Below the pieces are notes generated by a model. It was not told where the DNA came from, searched no databases, and saw nothing but the letters and a program-made list of their open reading frames with translations. DNA of 19,722 nucleotides from Candidatus Hermodarchaeota archaeon (GTDB lineage Archaea > Asgardarchaeota > Hermodarchaeia > Hermodarchaeales > Hermodarchaeaceae). Position numbers and translations under genes: made by a program. Positions 1 through 7,840 of this stretch are shown in pieces (within the stretch, counting starts at the first letter, position 1; the number at the start of each line of letters is the position of its first letter). The stretch covers positions 1 through 19,722 of the forward strand of contig JAEOUH010000032.1 in NCBI GenBank assembly GCA_016839365.1, given 5' to 3'.

Positions 1-145
1 CCCACACACGGGCCCGACCACCAACCTCAAGGTTCCGTTCGATTACTTCAACAGCATAACCTTCCTTAGCAAGCAGAGCCGCTGCAGCCAACCCACCGAC
101 GCCTGCACCAATTACTATCACGCTTTTAGGATTCATTCGGGTCAT
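1..145 (-). CDS. Phytoene desaturase/carotenoid oxidoreductase family protein (CrtI/CrtD-like), N-terminal part only; runs off the window start
   Basis: Not in the ORF track; manual translation gives MTRMNPKSVIVIGAGVGGLAAAALLAKEGYAVEVIERNLEVGGRARVW. It has the GxGxxG dinucleotide fold plus E..GGRA, parallel to the N-terminus of 1341..2858, and is divergent from crtB. Alternative start at 136. Confidence 0.8.
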   Translation of the reverse strand, partial: MTRMNPKSVIVIGAGVGGLAAAALLAKEGYAVEVIERNLEVGGRARVW

Positions 146-339
146 CCCTCTAGTTTATGCGCATTCTTCTAGTTGTTTTATTTAATGATTTTGCATTAAT
201 ATTACACACCATTGAACATTTAACAACTAGCTATAAGTATTAGAAAATCACGATAGAAAAAGACAATCGTTTAAAAGGCATATGCGAACACTTCGACTAA
301 AATTGACTCCGTTAAGAACCCTATTGGAACGTTTAAACC
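146..339. promoter_or_regulatory. AT-rich divergent promoter region with a 9-bp inverted repeat
   Basis: CTAGTTGTT (169-177) and AACAACTAG (222-230) lie in an AT-rich gap between divergent carotenoid genes. Confidence 0.45.
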
Positions 340-1296
340 ATGTTAAGGGGAGAACAAAAACACCACCTAAATGTAGTCCCTACACAAATCCGAGTAAAGG
401 ACGATTTGACAGTTGGTGAACTAAACCGGGCATATGATTATTGCCTGAATCTTTTTAGTAAATATGCGAAGTCCTTCCATTTTGCCTCACGGTATCTTGA
501 ACCCGAGCAGCAACGAAGCATCGCCGCTCTATATGCCTTTTGTCGAATTACAGACGATTATGTCGATGAGGTCAATCTCGAACCCGACCAAATCAACAAT
601 GAAATGCGTGTCCTAGCAGAAATAGTATCTCGCTTAAGCTATGGTGAGAAGTTTAATCACCCGGTGTTTCACGCCTTTGGCGACACACTAATCAAATACA
701 AGATTCCCGTTCAATACCTTTATGAATTGATTGAAGGCGTTCGGATGGACGTGGAACGCTTTGAAATTAACACTCAAGAAGAACTGAACCTTTACTGCTT
801 CCGCGTAGCTTCTACCGTAGGCCTCTCAATGTGCCACATCTGGCGAGCAATTCACCCTGAAACACTCGAACGAGCCGCAGAACTTGGTATTGCCATGCAA
901 CAAACCAATATTCTCCGCGATATCGGTGAAGATTACAACAAAGGGCGCATTTACATTCCGGTTGAGACACGTAAAAAATTCCGTATTCATTTGGAAGATT
1001 TCGAAGCCCGGAACGTCAGTCCAAACTTCCGAAACCTGATTAAGCACGAAATAGCTAATGCCCGTGCGAATTATGCAAGCGCAGAGATTGGCATTCAAGA
1101 TCTACCTCCCGCTGCCTCGTTCACGATTAAGGTTGCCTCGCGCGTGTATGGCAACATCCTCAATGCCATTGAGAATATGGATTATCAAGTTTTCAAGCGA
1201 CGTGCGTATGTACCTAAGTGGAAGAAGTTCTGGATCGCCTTCCAATGTCGACGTGAATACCTTCGCGATCTGAAGCAATTTGTCATAAACCCTTAA
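340..1296 (+). CDS. crtB: Phytoene/squalene synthase family protein, phytoene synthase
   Basis: KSFHFAS, ALYAFCRITDDYVD (DDxxD), YCFRVASTVG, LGIAMQQTNILRDIGED..GRIYIP, RRAYVP motifs; adjacent to a desaturase. Confidence 0.93.
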   Translation: MLRGEQKHHLNVVPTQIRVKDDLTVGELNRAYDYCLNLFSKYAKSFHFASRYLEPEQQRSIAALYAFCRITDDYVDEVNLEPDQINNEMRVLAEIVSRLSYGEKFNHPVFHAFGDTLIKYKIPVQYLYELIEGVRMDVERFEINTQEELNLYCFRVASTVGLSMCHIWRAIHPETLERAAELGIAMQQTNILRDIGEDYNKGRIYIPVETRKKFRIHLEDFEARNVSPNFRNLIKHEIANARANYASAEIGIQDLPPAASFTIKVASRVYGNILNAIENMDYQVFKRRAYVPKWKKFWIAFQCRREYLRDLKQFVINP

Positions 1297-1340
1297 CCTT
1301 CACAGGTTAGTATAATGAATTTTCAAATGGTGAAAAGAAT

Positions 1341-2858
1341 ATGAATTCATCTCATGCAACAAATGCCATTGTAATTGGTGGCGGATTTGGTGGCCTTTCT
1401 GCAGCCGTAAGACTGCAGGCTGCTGGTTACAAAGTTACCCTTTTAGAGAAACGCCATCAACTTGGTGGACGGGCTGGCGTCTTTGAGAGGAAAGGATATC
1501 GAATCGACACGGGCCCAACAATTGTCACTCCACCGTTTGTCGTTGAAGACGTTTTTAGAGACGTAGGACGTGATCCCGCCGACTACATTGAATTGGTCCC
1601 TATCCACCCCCATTATCGCCTCCATTATGCTGATGGCACCCATTTTGACATCGGAACCGTGGATGAGGTTGCCGCGCAAATTGAACAAATCAGCCCAAAT
1701 GATTTGAAGGGTTATTATAAGTGGTTAAAGATCCTCAAACCTATCTATGAACTAGGATTCGAGCAGTTTGCTATGACTCCCTTTGAGAGCCTATGGAGTA
1801 TGGCAAAAGTCATCCCCCCAGGAATTCGCCTTAAATCCTACAAAAGCGTCTATGGGCTTGTAGCTAGCTACATGAAGAATGAACATCTCCGGATGGCTTT
1901 CTCTTTCTTGCCCCTTTTCATCGGTGGTAATCCCTTCACCACGACTAGTGTCTATTCGCTCATCGCCTATCTTGAAACCGAGTATGGCATGCTTTGGGTT
2001 CGCGGAGGTACTCATCGACTTGTTGAAGCCTTAGAACGGCTATTCAAGGAACTTGGGGGCACTGTGAAACTCAACTCCGAAGTAACAAAAATCGAAGTTA
2101 GCGAAAAAGAACGTAAAGTCACTGGGGTCAACACCAAAGGAGGGGAAGAGTACACAGCTGACATTATTGTGAGTAACGCAGATGTTGCAAACACATACAT
2201 GCAATTAATCGACTCGAAATACCGTCGCAAGAACAGCGATCGCCGGTATGAGAATGCCAAATACAGTATGAGCCTATTCATGGTATATTTTGGCACCAAG
2301 AAGACCTATCCAAATATGCCCCACCACAACATCATCTTCAGCCCACGTTACAAAGAATTAGTGAAAGACATCTTCGACCGCCACATCCTGCCCGAAGATT
2401 TCGCCATCTACCTACATGTCCCAACACGAACTGATCCGGAACTAGCCCCTCCGGGATGTGAAACATTTTACGCCTGTGTCCCTGTTACACACCAGGATTC
2501 AGGCATCGATTGGGAAGAAATGAAAGAACCCTTCAAAGACCGGGTGCTTAAATTTCTCAATGATAAGTATCTCCCAGGGCTCTTGGAAAACCTAGATGTA
2601 TGCGAAGTATTTACCCCCCTAGATTTTGAAAGAGAATTCAATGCTTACAAAGGGAACGCCTTTCAGTTACAACCTCTTTTGATGCAGTCAGGATATTTCA
2701 GGCCACACAATCGATCACGTGACATCAAAGGGCTCTACATCGTTGGCGCAGGCACCCATCCTGGTGGTGGTGTCCCGAGCGCATTTCTCAGCGGGAAAGT
2801 GTCAACAGATTTAATCTTCCAGGATTATGGGAAACCGAACGAACCACCATCAGAATGA
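1341..2858 (+). CDS. crtI: Phytoene desaturase (CrtI family)
   Basis: IGGGFGGL..LEK..GGRA, DTGPT, RGGT..LV..L, IVSNAD, FRPHN and C-terminal GAGTHPGGGVP..SG signature; 505 aa. Confidence 0.93.
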   Translation: MNSSHATNAIVIGGGFGGLSAAVRLQAAGYKVTLLEKRHQLGGRAGVFERKGYRIDTGPTIVTPPFVVEDVFRDVGRDPADYIELVPIHPHYRLHYADGTHFDIGTVDEVAAQIEQISPNDLKGYYKWLKILKPIYELGFEQFAMTPFESLWSMAKVIPPGIRLKSYKSVYGLVASYMKNEHLRMAFSFLPLFIGGNPFTTTSVYSLIAYLETEYGMLWVRGGTHRLVEALERLFKELGGTVKLNSEVTKIEVSEKERKVTGVNTKGGEEYTADIIVSNADVANTYMQLIDSKYRRKNSDRRYENAKYSMSLFMVYFGTKKTYPNMPHHNIIFSPRYKELVKDIFDRHILPEDFAIYLHVPTRTDPELAPPGCETFYACVPVTHQDSGIDWEEMKEPFKDRVLKFLNDKYLPGLLENLDVCEVFTPLDFEREFNAYKGNAFQLQPLLMQSGYFRPHNRSRDIKGLYIVGAGTHPGGGVPSAFLSGKVSTDLIFQDYGKPNEPPSE

Positions 2859-2866
2859 ACTGAGGA

Positions 2867-4165
2867 ATGGCAATCATGGTTGAGAAAGTAGACACCATCG
2901 TAGTGGGAGCAGGTCCTGCAGGATCCGCTGCCGCATATAGTCTAGCTCGTGCTGATAACCAGGTGCTCTTAGTCGAACGGGCTAAAACACCAGGAGAAAA
3001 GAACGTCTCAGGTGGCGTCCTATTTGGCTCTGTACTGCATCAACTCATTCCCAATTTCTGGGAAGACGCCCCGATTGAACGAACAATCATAAATCGTAAT
3101 CTTGTCTTCCTTAGTGGTGAATCCTCCTTTTCCCTTGACTTCTCTAGTAAAAAACTTGAGAATCCTCCACACTGTGGTTATTCTATTATTCGATATGACT
3201 TTGACCAATGGTTTGCTAAACGCGCTGAGGAAGCCGGAGCACTCCTTGCCACAGGAATCCGGGTCGATGAATTAGCCTGGGAAAATAAACAGGTTGTTGG
3301 AATCCGGGCCGGAGACGATGAGATTCGCGCTAATGTAGTTGTTGCCGCTGATGGTATCAACTCACAGTTGACTGAACAAGCGGGTCTGCGCAAAGGTCTA
3401 AGAACCAAACATATTGGCCTGGGAATCAAAGAAGTCATTGACCTTCCCAGTGATATAATTGAGAATCGGTTTCACCTCGAAGGCAATGAAGGAACAGCAC
3501 ACACCTATCTTGGATGCACTAAAGGATACCCCGGTGGTGGATTTCTTTACACCAACCGTGAGAGCTTGTCTTTGGGCATCGTTGTGAAGCTACCCGCCTT
3601 TGAAAAAGCAACCAAAACCAAGGCGCCTGAATTCATCGATTACTTGAAACAGTTTCCGTACATACAACGAATCATTAAGGATGGTAACACCATCGAATAT
3701 TCAGCCCATCTCGTTCCGGAAGGAGGCTATAGTGGCCTGTCCAAACTCTATACAAATGGTTTGCTTGTTGTTGGTGACGCAGCAGGGCTTGCCCTGAATA
3801 TCGGCTATGCACTCGAGGGAATGAACTTCGCTATTGCATCAGGTATCGCCGCTGCAACAACCATTCAACGAGCACACCAACAGCGCAATTATACCAAAAA
3901 GACGATGAAACATTATCAGAGACTCATGAACCAGAGCTTCGTGATAAAAGACATGAAGACCTTTCAGAATGCTCCCGCCATTATAAGTAGCCCACGACTA
4001 ATGAAAGCATACCCAGACTTCATTAACAATTTCGCACATCAACTCTACCAATCTACTGCAACACCCAGACCCAAACTCATGAATCTTCTCCTCAAACACG
4101 TTATTCATGAGATTTCGCTCCCCTATCTAATTATTGATGGATTACAGGCGGTGAGAGGCCTATGA
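2867..4165 (+). CDS. fixC: FAD-dependent oxidoreductase, FixC/ETF-quinone oxidoreductase family
   Basis: VVGAGPAGS, ER..PGEKNVSGG, APIER, AADG.NS, GGGFLYTN.ES.SLG, EYSAHLVPEGG, GDAAG..EGMNFAIASG; followed by a FixX-like ferredoxin. Start could be 2876. Confidence 0.88.
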   Translation: MAIMVEKVDTIVVGAGPAGSAAAYSLARADNQVLLVERAKTPGEKNVSGGVLFGSVLHQLIPNFWEDAPIERTIINRNLVFLSGESSFSLDFSSKKLENPPHCGYSIIRYDFDQWFAKRAEEAGALLATGIRVDELAWENKQVVGIRAGDDEIRANVVVAADGINSQLTEQAGLRKGLRTKHIGLGIKEVIDLPSDIIENRFHLEGNEGTAHTYLGCTKGYPGGGFLYTNRESLSLGIVVKLPAFEKATKTKAPEFIDYLKQFPYIQRIIKDGNTIEYSAHLVPEGGYSGLSKLYTNGLLVVGDAAGLALNIGYALEGMNFAIASGIAAATTIQRAHQQRNYTKKTMKHYQRLMNQSFVIKDMKTFQNAPAIISSPRLMKAYPDFINNFAHQLYQSTATPRPKLMNLLLKHVIHEISLPYLIIDGLQAVRGL

Positions 4166-4437
4166 ACTCAAACATCGAGGATAAACTGGGTACCCTTCGA
4201 TATAATATCGACAAGGAATCGCATATTCTAGTCAACTTCGAAATCTGTAAAAATTGTAAACCCAAACCCTGCATTCTAGGATGCCCGGCGCAATGCTTCG
4301 AACTAATAAACGATGAAGTGAGGTTCCAATATGAGGATTGTATCGAATGCGGTACATGCAAAATCCTCTGCGATAAAGATGCAATACACTGGAACTATCC
4401 ACGTGGAACCTTTGGGGTCGCGTTTCGGAAGGGCTAA
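4162..4437 (+). CDS. fixX: Ferredoxin-like protein, FixX family
   Basis: CKNC...C...CPAQC and CIECGTC...C, W.YPRG.FGV.FR.G C-terminus; ATGA overlap with the fixC stop. Confidence 0.88.
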   Translation: MNSNIEDKLGTLRYNIDKESHILVNFEICKNCKPKPCILGCPAQCFELINDEVRFQYEDCIECGTCKILCDKDAIHWNYPRGTFGVAFRKG

Positions 4438-4618
4438 AAAAGCGAAACTGTAGTTCTACCGCTGTTTGAGTATTCGGTGCCAATTCATCTGCTCCAGTGC
4501 GCTTCCAAAGTTAAGAGTCGATTGAGAAGACACTCCCCCTACCATGATTTTGATATCGGTGGTTGATTGCCAAGAGTAGGTGTGTTATACTCTTACAAGA
4601 TTCTTTCACAGGCGCTAG

Positions 4619-5104
4619 CTAAACCGGAGACCCAAGTGCTATTGTTTCGACAACATTTCTTAATTTCACAATCTTGAAGGGTCTCTCAGGATTCAAGGCC
4701 TGCCATCCCTCGGATCTTTCCAATCCATGGGCTGCTAGGAAATTCGTCGATAACCGCTTCGATCCAACGTCGGCCATATGTCGGATTGCTCTCCCTCGTT
4801 CATTGGGATCATTAACCACCTCCAACTCCCCACGTAATACAACGAAGCAGTATTTGTGTAAATCTGGTTTGTAGGTCTCGATTTCCACTGCAACGCGATT
4901 ATCCTGTTCAAGTAACCTCATTTTCTTTCCATACCGCGTGAAATGAAAATAGAGATTTCCATCGATGTAGGCATACTGAAACGGAGCCATATACGGATAA
5001 TCTTCACCACGAAACGCAATGCGACATATCACCTGATTCTCTAACAACTCTTCAACCATCTTACGTTCCATTTGAGGTAACTTCACGATCGACAACCTAT
5101 TCAC
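4619..5104 (-). CDS. Pyridoxamine 5'-phosphate oxidase-like (NimA-like) flavin-binding split-barrel protein
   Basis: CRIAF....PY.AP..Y.Y.DG.LYFH....GKKM......RVAVE...VVLRG pattern. Confidence 0.82.
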   Translation of the reverse strand: MNRLSIVKLPQMERKMVEELLENQVICRIAFRGEDYPYMAPFQYAYIDGNLYFHFTRYGKKMRLLEQDNRVAVEIETYKPDLHKYCFVVLRGELEVVNDPNERGRAIRHMADVGSKRLSTNFLAAHGLERSEGWQALNPERPFKIVKLRNVVETIALGSPV

Positions 5105-5172
5105 CCCAATACATACTTGAGGAGTGCATACTCACATATATTCGATACGGATTCCTCAACAGGTACACCAAT

Positions 5173-6567
5173 ATGGAGCAAACACTTGAGCAGTCTATAT
5201 TCATTTTCCGTCGCGATCTAAGGCTGGCAGATAATTCAGGTCTCATCAACGCCTTGACTAATTCCACTACTGTTGTTCCCTGCTTCTTCCTCGATCCACG
5301 ACTCCTTCACCAAACCAGAGTTCATTATAATGCAATCCAATTCATGATTGAAGCTTTAGAAGACGTAGATCAACAGCTGCAAGAACTAAACAGCAAAGTC
5401 CATTACTTTTATGGCCTTCCTCAGGAAATACTCCCCACAATCTTACAGAGTAATCAGATTAGTGGAGTGTTTTTCAACCGGGATTACACACCCTTCAGCT
5501 CCCGAAGAGATGACAGAATAATTCGCATCTGTAATAGGGCAGGAGTGGAATGTCAACAATTCAGTGATTCGCTACTCAATGAACCTGAAATGATACTCAA
5601 GACGAACCAAAAGCCTTACAAAGTGTTTACACCGTTCTTCCGAAAAGCCTCTGCACTTCCCGTTAACAAACCAAAGACCAATCCCCATACCAATTATGGC
5701 AAGATTCAATCCAAACAGCAAACACCCCTCAAAAGCATCACCAAGAAAATCAAAGCCCCCTATAACGAATCTATCCAAGTTAAGGGCTCAAGAACAACCT
5801 GCCAAGAGATTCTTTCAAACCTACGAAAGTATAACACCTATGAGACCACTCGAGACCTCCCAAGCATACCCGGTACAACACGTCTATCAGCATACATCAA
5901 ATTTGGACTCTGCTCAATTCGCGAAGCCCACACTGCTATTGAAAAACAACTTGGCAAAGACCACCAAATAATCCGCCAACTCTATTGGCGAGACTTCTAT
6001 ACCCATATTGCCTACCATTTCCCGCATGTCTTTAAGAGAGCCTTCAAACCCCGTTATGACGCAATTCCCTGGAATTATGATAAAATCTTATTCGAGGCAT
6101 GGCGCCAGGGACGAACCGGATTCCCAATTGTGGATGCAGGGATGCGAGAACTCAACAGTACAGGTTGGATGCATAACCGAGTCCGAATGATTGTGGCATC
6201 CTTTCTAACTAAAGATCTCCACATTGACTGGCGCTGGGGAGAAAGGTATTTTGCCCAACAACTCGTCGACTACGACCCTGCAGTAAATAATGGGAACTGG
6301 CAATGGGCTGCCTCAACAGGAGTAGACGCCCAACCCTATTTCCGTATATTCAATCCCTGGCGACAACAGGAAAAATACGATCCAGACTGCAAATACATTC
6401 GACGATGGATTCCTGAACTTACCATGCTCGAGTCGAAAATTATTCACAACTGGTTTAAGCCAACCAAGTGGGATTCAGAAACCAACTATCCTAAACCCAT
6501 TGTTAATCACAGATTAGAAAGTCAATATTCTAAGGAACTTTTTGCGGCAACCTTTAAGAATCAGTGA
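5173..6567 (+). CDS. phrB: Deoxyribodipyrimidine photolyase (class I CPD photolyase)
   Basis: FRRDLRLADN, YKVFTPF, TTRLSAYIKFG, QLYWRDFY, W..GRTGFPIVDAGMREL..TGWMHNRVRMIVASFLTKDL.IDWRWGE, DYD..NNGNWQW, YFRIFNP. Confidence 0.95.
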   Translation: MEQTLEQSIFIFRRDLRLADNSGLINALTNSTTVVPCFFLDPRLLHQTRVHYNAIQFMIEALEDVDQQLQELNSKVHYFYGLPQEILPTILQSNQISGVFFNRDYTPFSSRRDDRIIRICNRAGVECQQFSDSLLNEPEMILKTNQKPYKVFTPFFRKASALPVNKPKTNPHTNYGKIQSKQQTPLKSITKKIKAPYNESIQVKGSRTTCQEILSNLRKYNTYETTRDLPSIPGTTRLSAYIKFGLCSIREAHTAIEKQLGKDHQIIRQLYWRDFYTHIAYHFPHVFKRAFKPRYDAIPWNYDKILFEAWRQGRTGFPIVDAGMRELNSTGWMHNRVRMIVASFLTKDLHIDWRWGERYFAQQLVDYDPAVNNGNWQWAASTGVDAQPYFRIFNPWRQQEKYDPDCKYIRRWIPELTMLESKIIHNWFKPTKWDSETNYPKPIVNHRLESQYSKELFAATFKNQ

Positions 6568-6592
6568 AATGGTGAGAGAGGATGTGAACGAT

Positions 6593-6611
6593 GAACAAAC
6601 TCGGTTTGTTC
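6593..6611. terminator. Hairpin between convergent photolyase and bcp
   Basis: GAACAAAC-TCG-GTTTGTTC, a perfect 8-bp stem. Confidence 0.45.
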
Positions 6612-6641
6612 CCGCCATTCACAATCCCCTATTTTTCAATG

Positions 6642-7097
6642 TTAAAGCTTCAGTTCCTCAACCTTTTTAATTACTTCATCTACGTGTCCGGGAACTCGAA
6701 CCATGGGCCAAACGTACCGAATAACGCCTTCTCGATCAATGAGGAAAGTCGAACGCGTCGCTGAACCAGTTTCAGTTTTTAGAACATTATAAAGTTTGAC
6801 AACTTTTTGTTCTTTGTCTGCAATGAGCGGAAATTGTAGGGCATGCTTTTCCTTAAACCCTGCTTGGCGTTTCACACTATCCGTGCTTACACCGATTACT
6901 TTCACACCCATACCGGTCAGTCGAATCATGTTATCTCGAAAGGAACAAGCCTCCTTTGTACAACTTGGCGTTCCAGCTCGGGGATAGAAGTATAATACAA
7001 CGATGTTCCCTCTAAGATTGCTCAAGGTAAGATTTGAGCCATCATCTGTGGGTTCCGTAAAATCAGGAGCAGTGTCTCCAACTTTTGGCATTGCCAT
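6642..7097 (-). CDS. bcp: Peroxiredoxin, BCP/PrxQ subfamily
   Basis: VVLYFYPRAGTPSCTKEAC (PxxxTxxC plus CxxxxC), GVSTD, RSTFLID..G. ATG at 7097 follows a GAGGTGA RBS; the ORF track starts at 7106. Confidence 0.92.
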   Translation of the reverse strand: MAMPKVGDTAPDFTEPTDDGSNLTLSNLRGNIVVLYFYPRAGTPSCTKEACSFRDNMIRLTGMGVKVIGVSTDSVKRQAGFKEKHALQFPLIADKEQKVVKLYNVLKTETGSATRSTFLIDREGVIRYVWPMVRVPGHVDEVIKKVEELKL

Positions 7098-7156
7098 AAC
7101 TCTCACCTCAAATTTTATTGATAATGATTTTGTGCTATATTGGTGATGGGGAGAAG

Positions 7157-7181
7157 AAATGAGAGGAAGATCCCCTCATTT
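7157..7181 (-). terminator. Stem-loop downstream of the fasciclin gene
   Basis: Minus strand AAATGAGGGGA-TCT-TCCTCTCATTT, an 11-bp stem whose one imperfect pair is G-U only on the minus strand. Confidence 0.55.
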
Positions 7182-7200
7182 GAAATCAATAGTTCGACTC

Positions 7201-7602
7201 TTAGTTGGGCAAGATCACTTTGTCAATAATGTGGATCACGCCGTTCTCGGCTTCAATATCAGCCTGGATTACGTGGGCTTCATTGACTTTGACACCATCG
7301 CTGGCATCAATTTGAATACTTTGCCCCTGGACCGTTTTGATTTCGTCTTTGTTGATGACGTCTTCAGCCTTGTATTTTCCTTCTACGACATGGTAGAGGA
7401 GAATGGCTTTCAGTTTTTCCGTATCCTTGAGTAAGGCTTCTACTGTGCCCTCTGGGAGGGCTGCGAAGGCATCGTCAGTTGGGGCGAATACCGTGAAGGG
7501 TCCATCATTCGATAAGGTTTCAGCTAAACCAGCCGCGGTTGCAGCCGTTAACAAAGTGTTAAACTCGCCTGCATTTTTTGCAATCGTTACGATATTTTCC
7601 AT
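7201..7602 (-). CDS. Single-domain fasciclin (FAS1) protein without signal peptide
   Basis: GPFTVFAPTDDAF (H1), ILLYHVV, DI.A.NGVIHIIDKVILP (H2); the domain starts at residue ~3. Confidence 0.93.
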   Translation of the reverse strand: MENIVTIAKNAGEFNTLLTAATAAGLAETLSNDGPFTVFAPTDDAFAALPEGTVEALLKDTEKLKAILLYHVVEGKYKAEDVINKDEIKTVQGQSIQIDASDGVKVNEAHVIQADIEAENGVIHIIDKVILPN

Positions 7603-7686
7603 ATTTCATCCATCCTTTCGGTTATGGGCCCGGGGATGATTGTATTCAACCATTCCCGGAATTAACACTGTTAAGAATCCAAGTAG

Positions 7687-7694
7687 TATATAAA
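7687..7694 (-). promoter_or_regulatory. Putative archaeal TATA box for the fasciclin gene
   Basis: TTTATATA on the minus strand, ~85 bp upstream of the ATG. Confidence 0.35.
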
Positions 7695-7840
7695 TATATC
7701 CCTTAATTAAAAAGAAAACTAACCAATTAACAGAGCATAACGATAACTACAATCCAGCTTTTTTCCAAACAGATCCATCTGATAGAATATGGACTAGTTC
7801 ATGAACTGAAGCAGGATATTCTGAGTTGCCCTTTGACGAA

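Noticed and set aside
2867-4165. Annotation as lycopene cyclase or geranylgeranyl reductase
   Set aside because: The motifs and the coupled FixX ferredoxin fit FixC much better; the alternative is kept only as a hypothesis.
4438-4618. Possible small ORF or ncRNA in the fixX-PNPOx gap; AAGAGTA-N9-TACTCTT dyad at 4572-4594
   Set aside because: Only very short ORFs without recognizable motifs; the 7-bp dyad is too weak and is at most a terminator.
5173-6567. Cryptochrome or (6-4) photolyase
   Set aside because: It has WMHNRVR and NNGNWQW typical of CPD class I and lacks the HH-LARH His pair of (6-4) photolyases.
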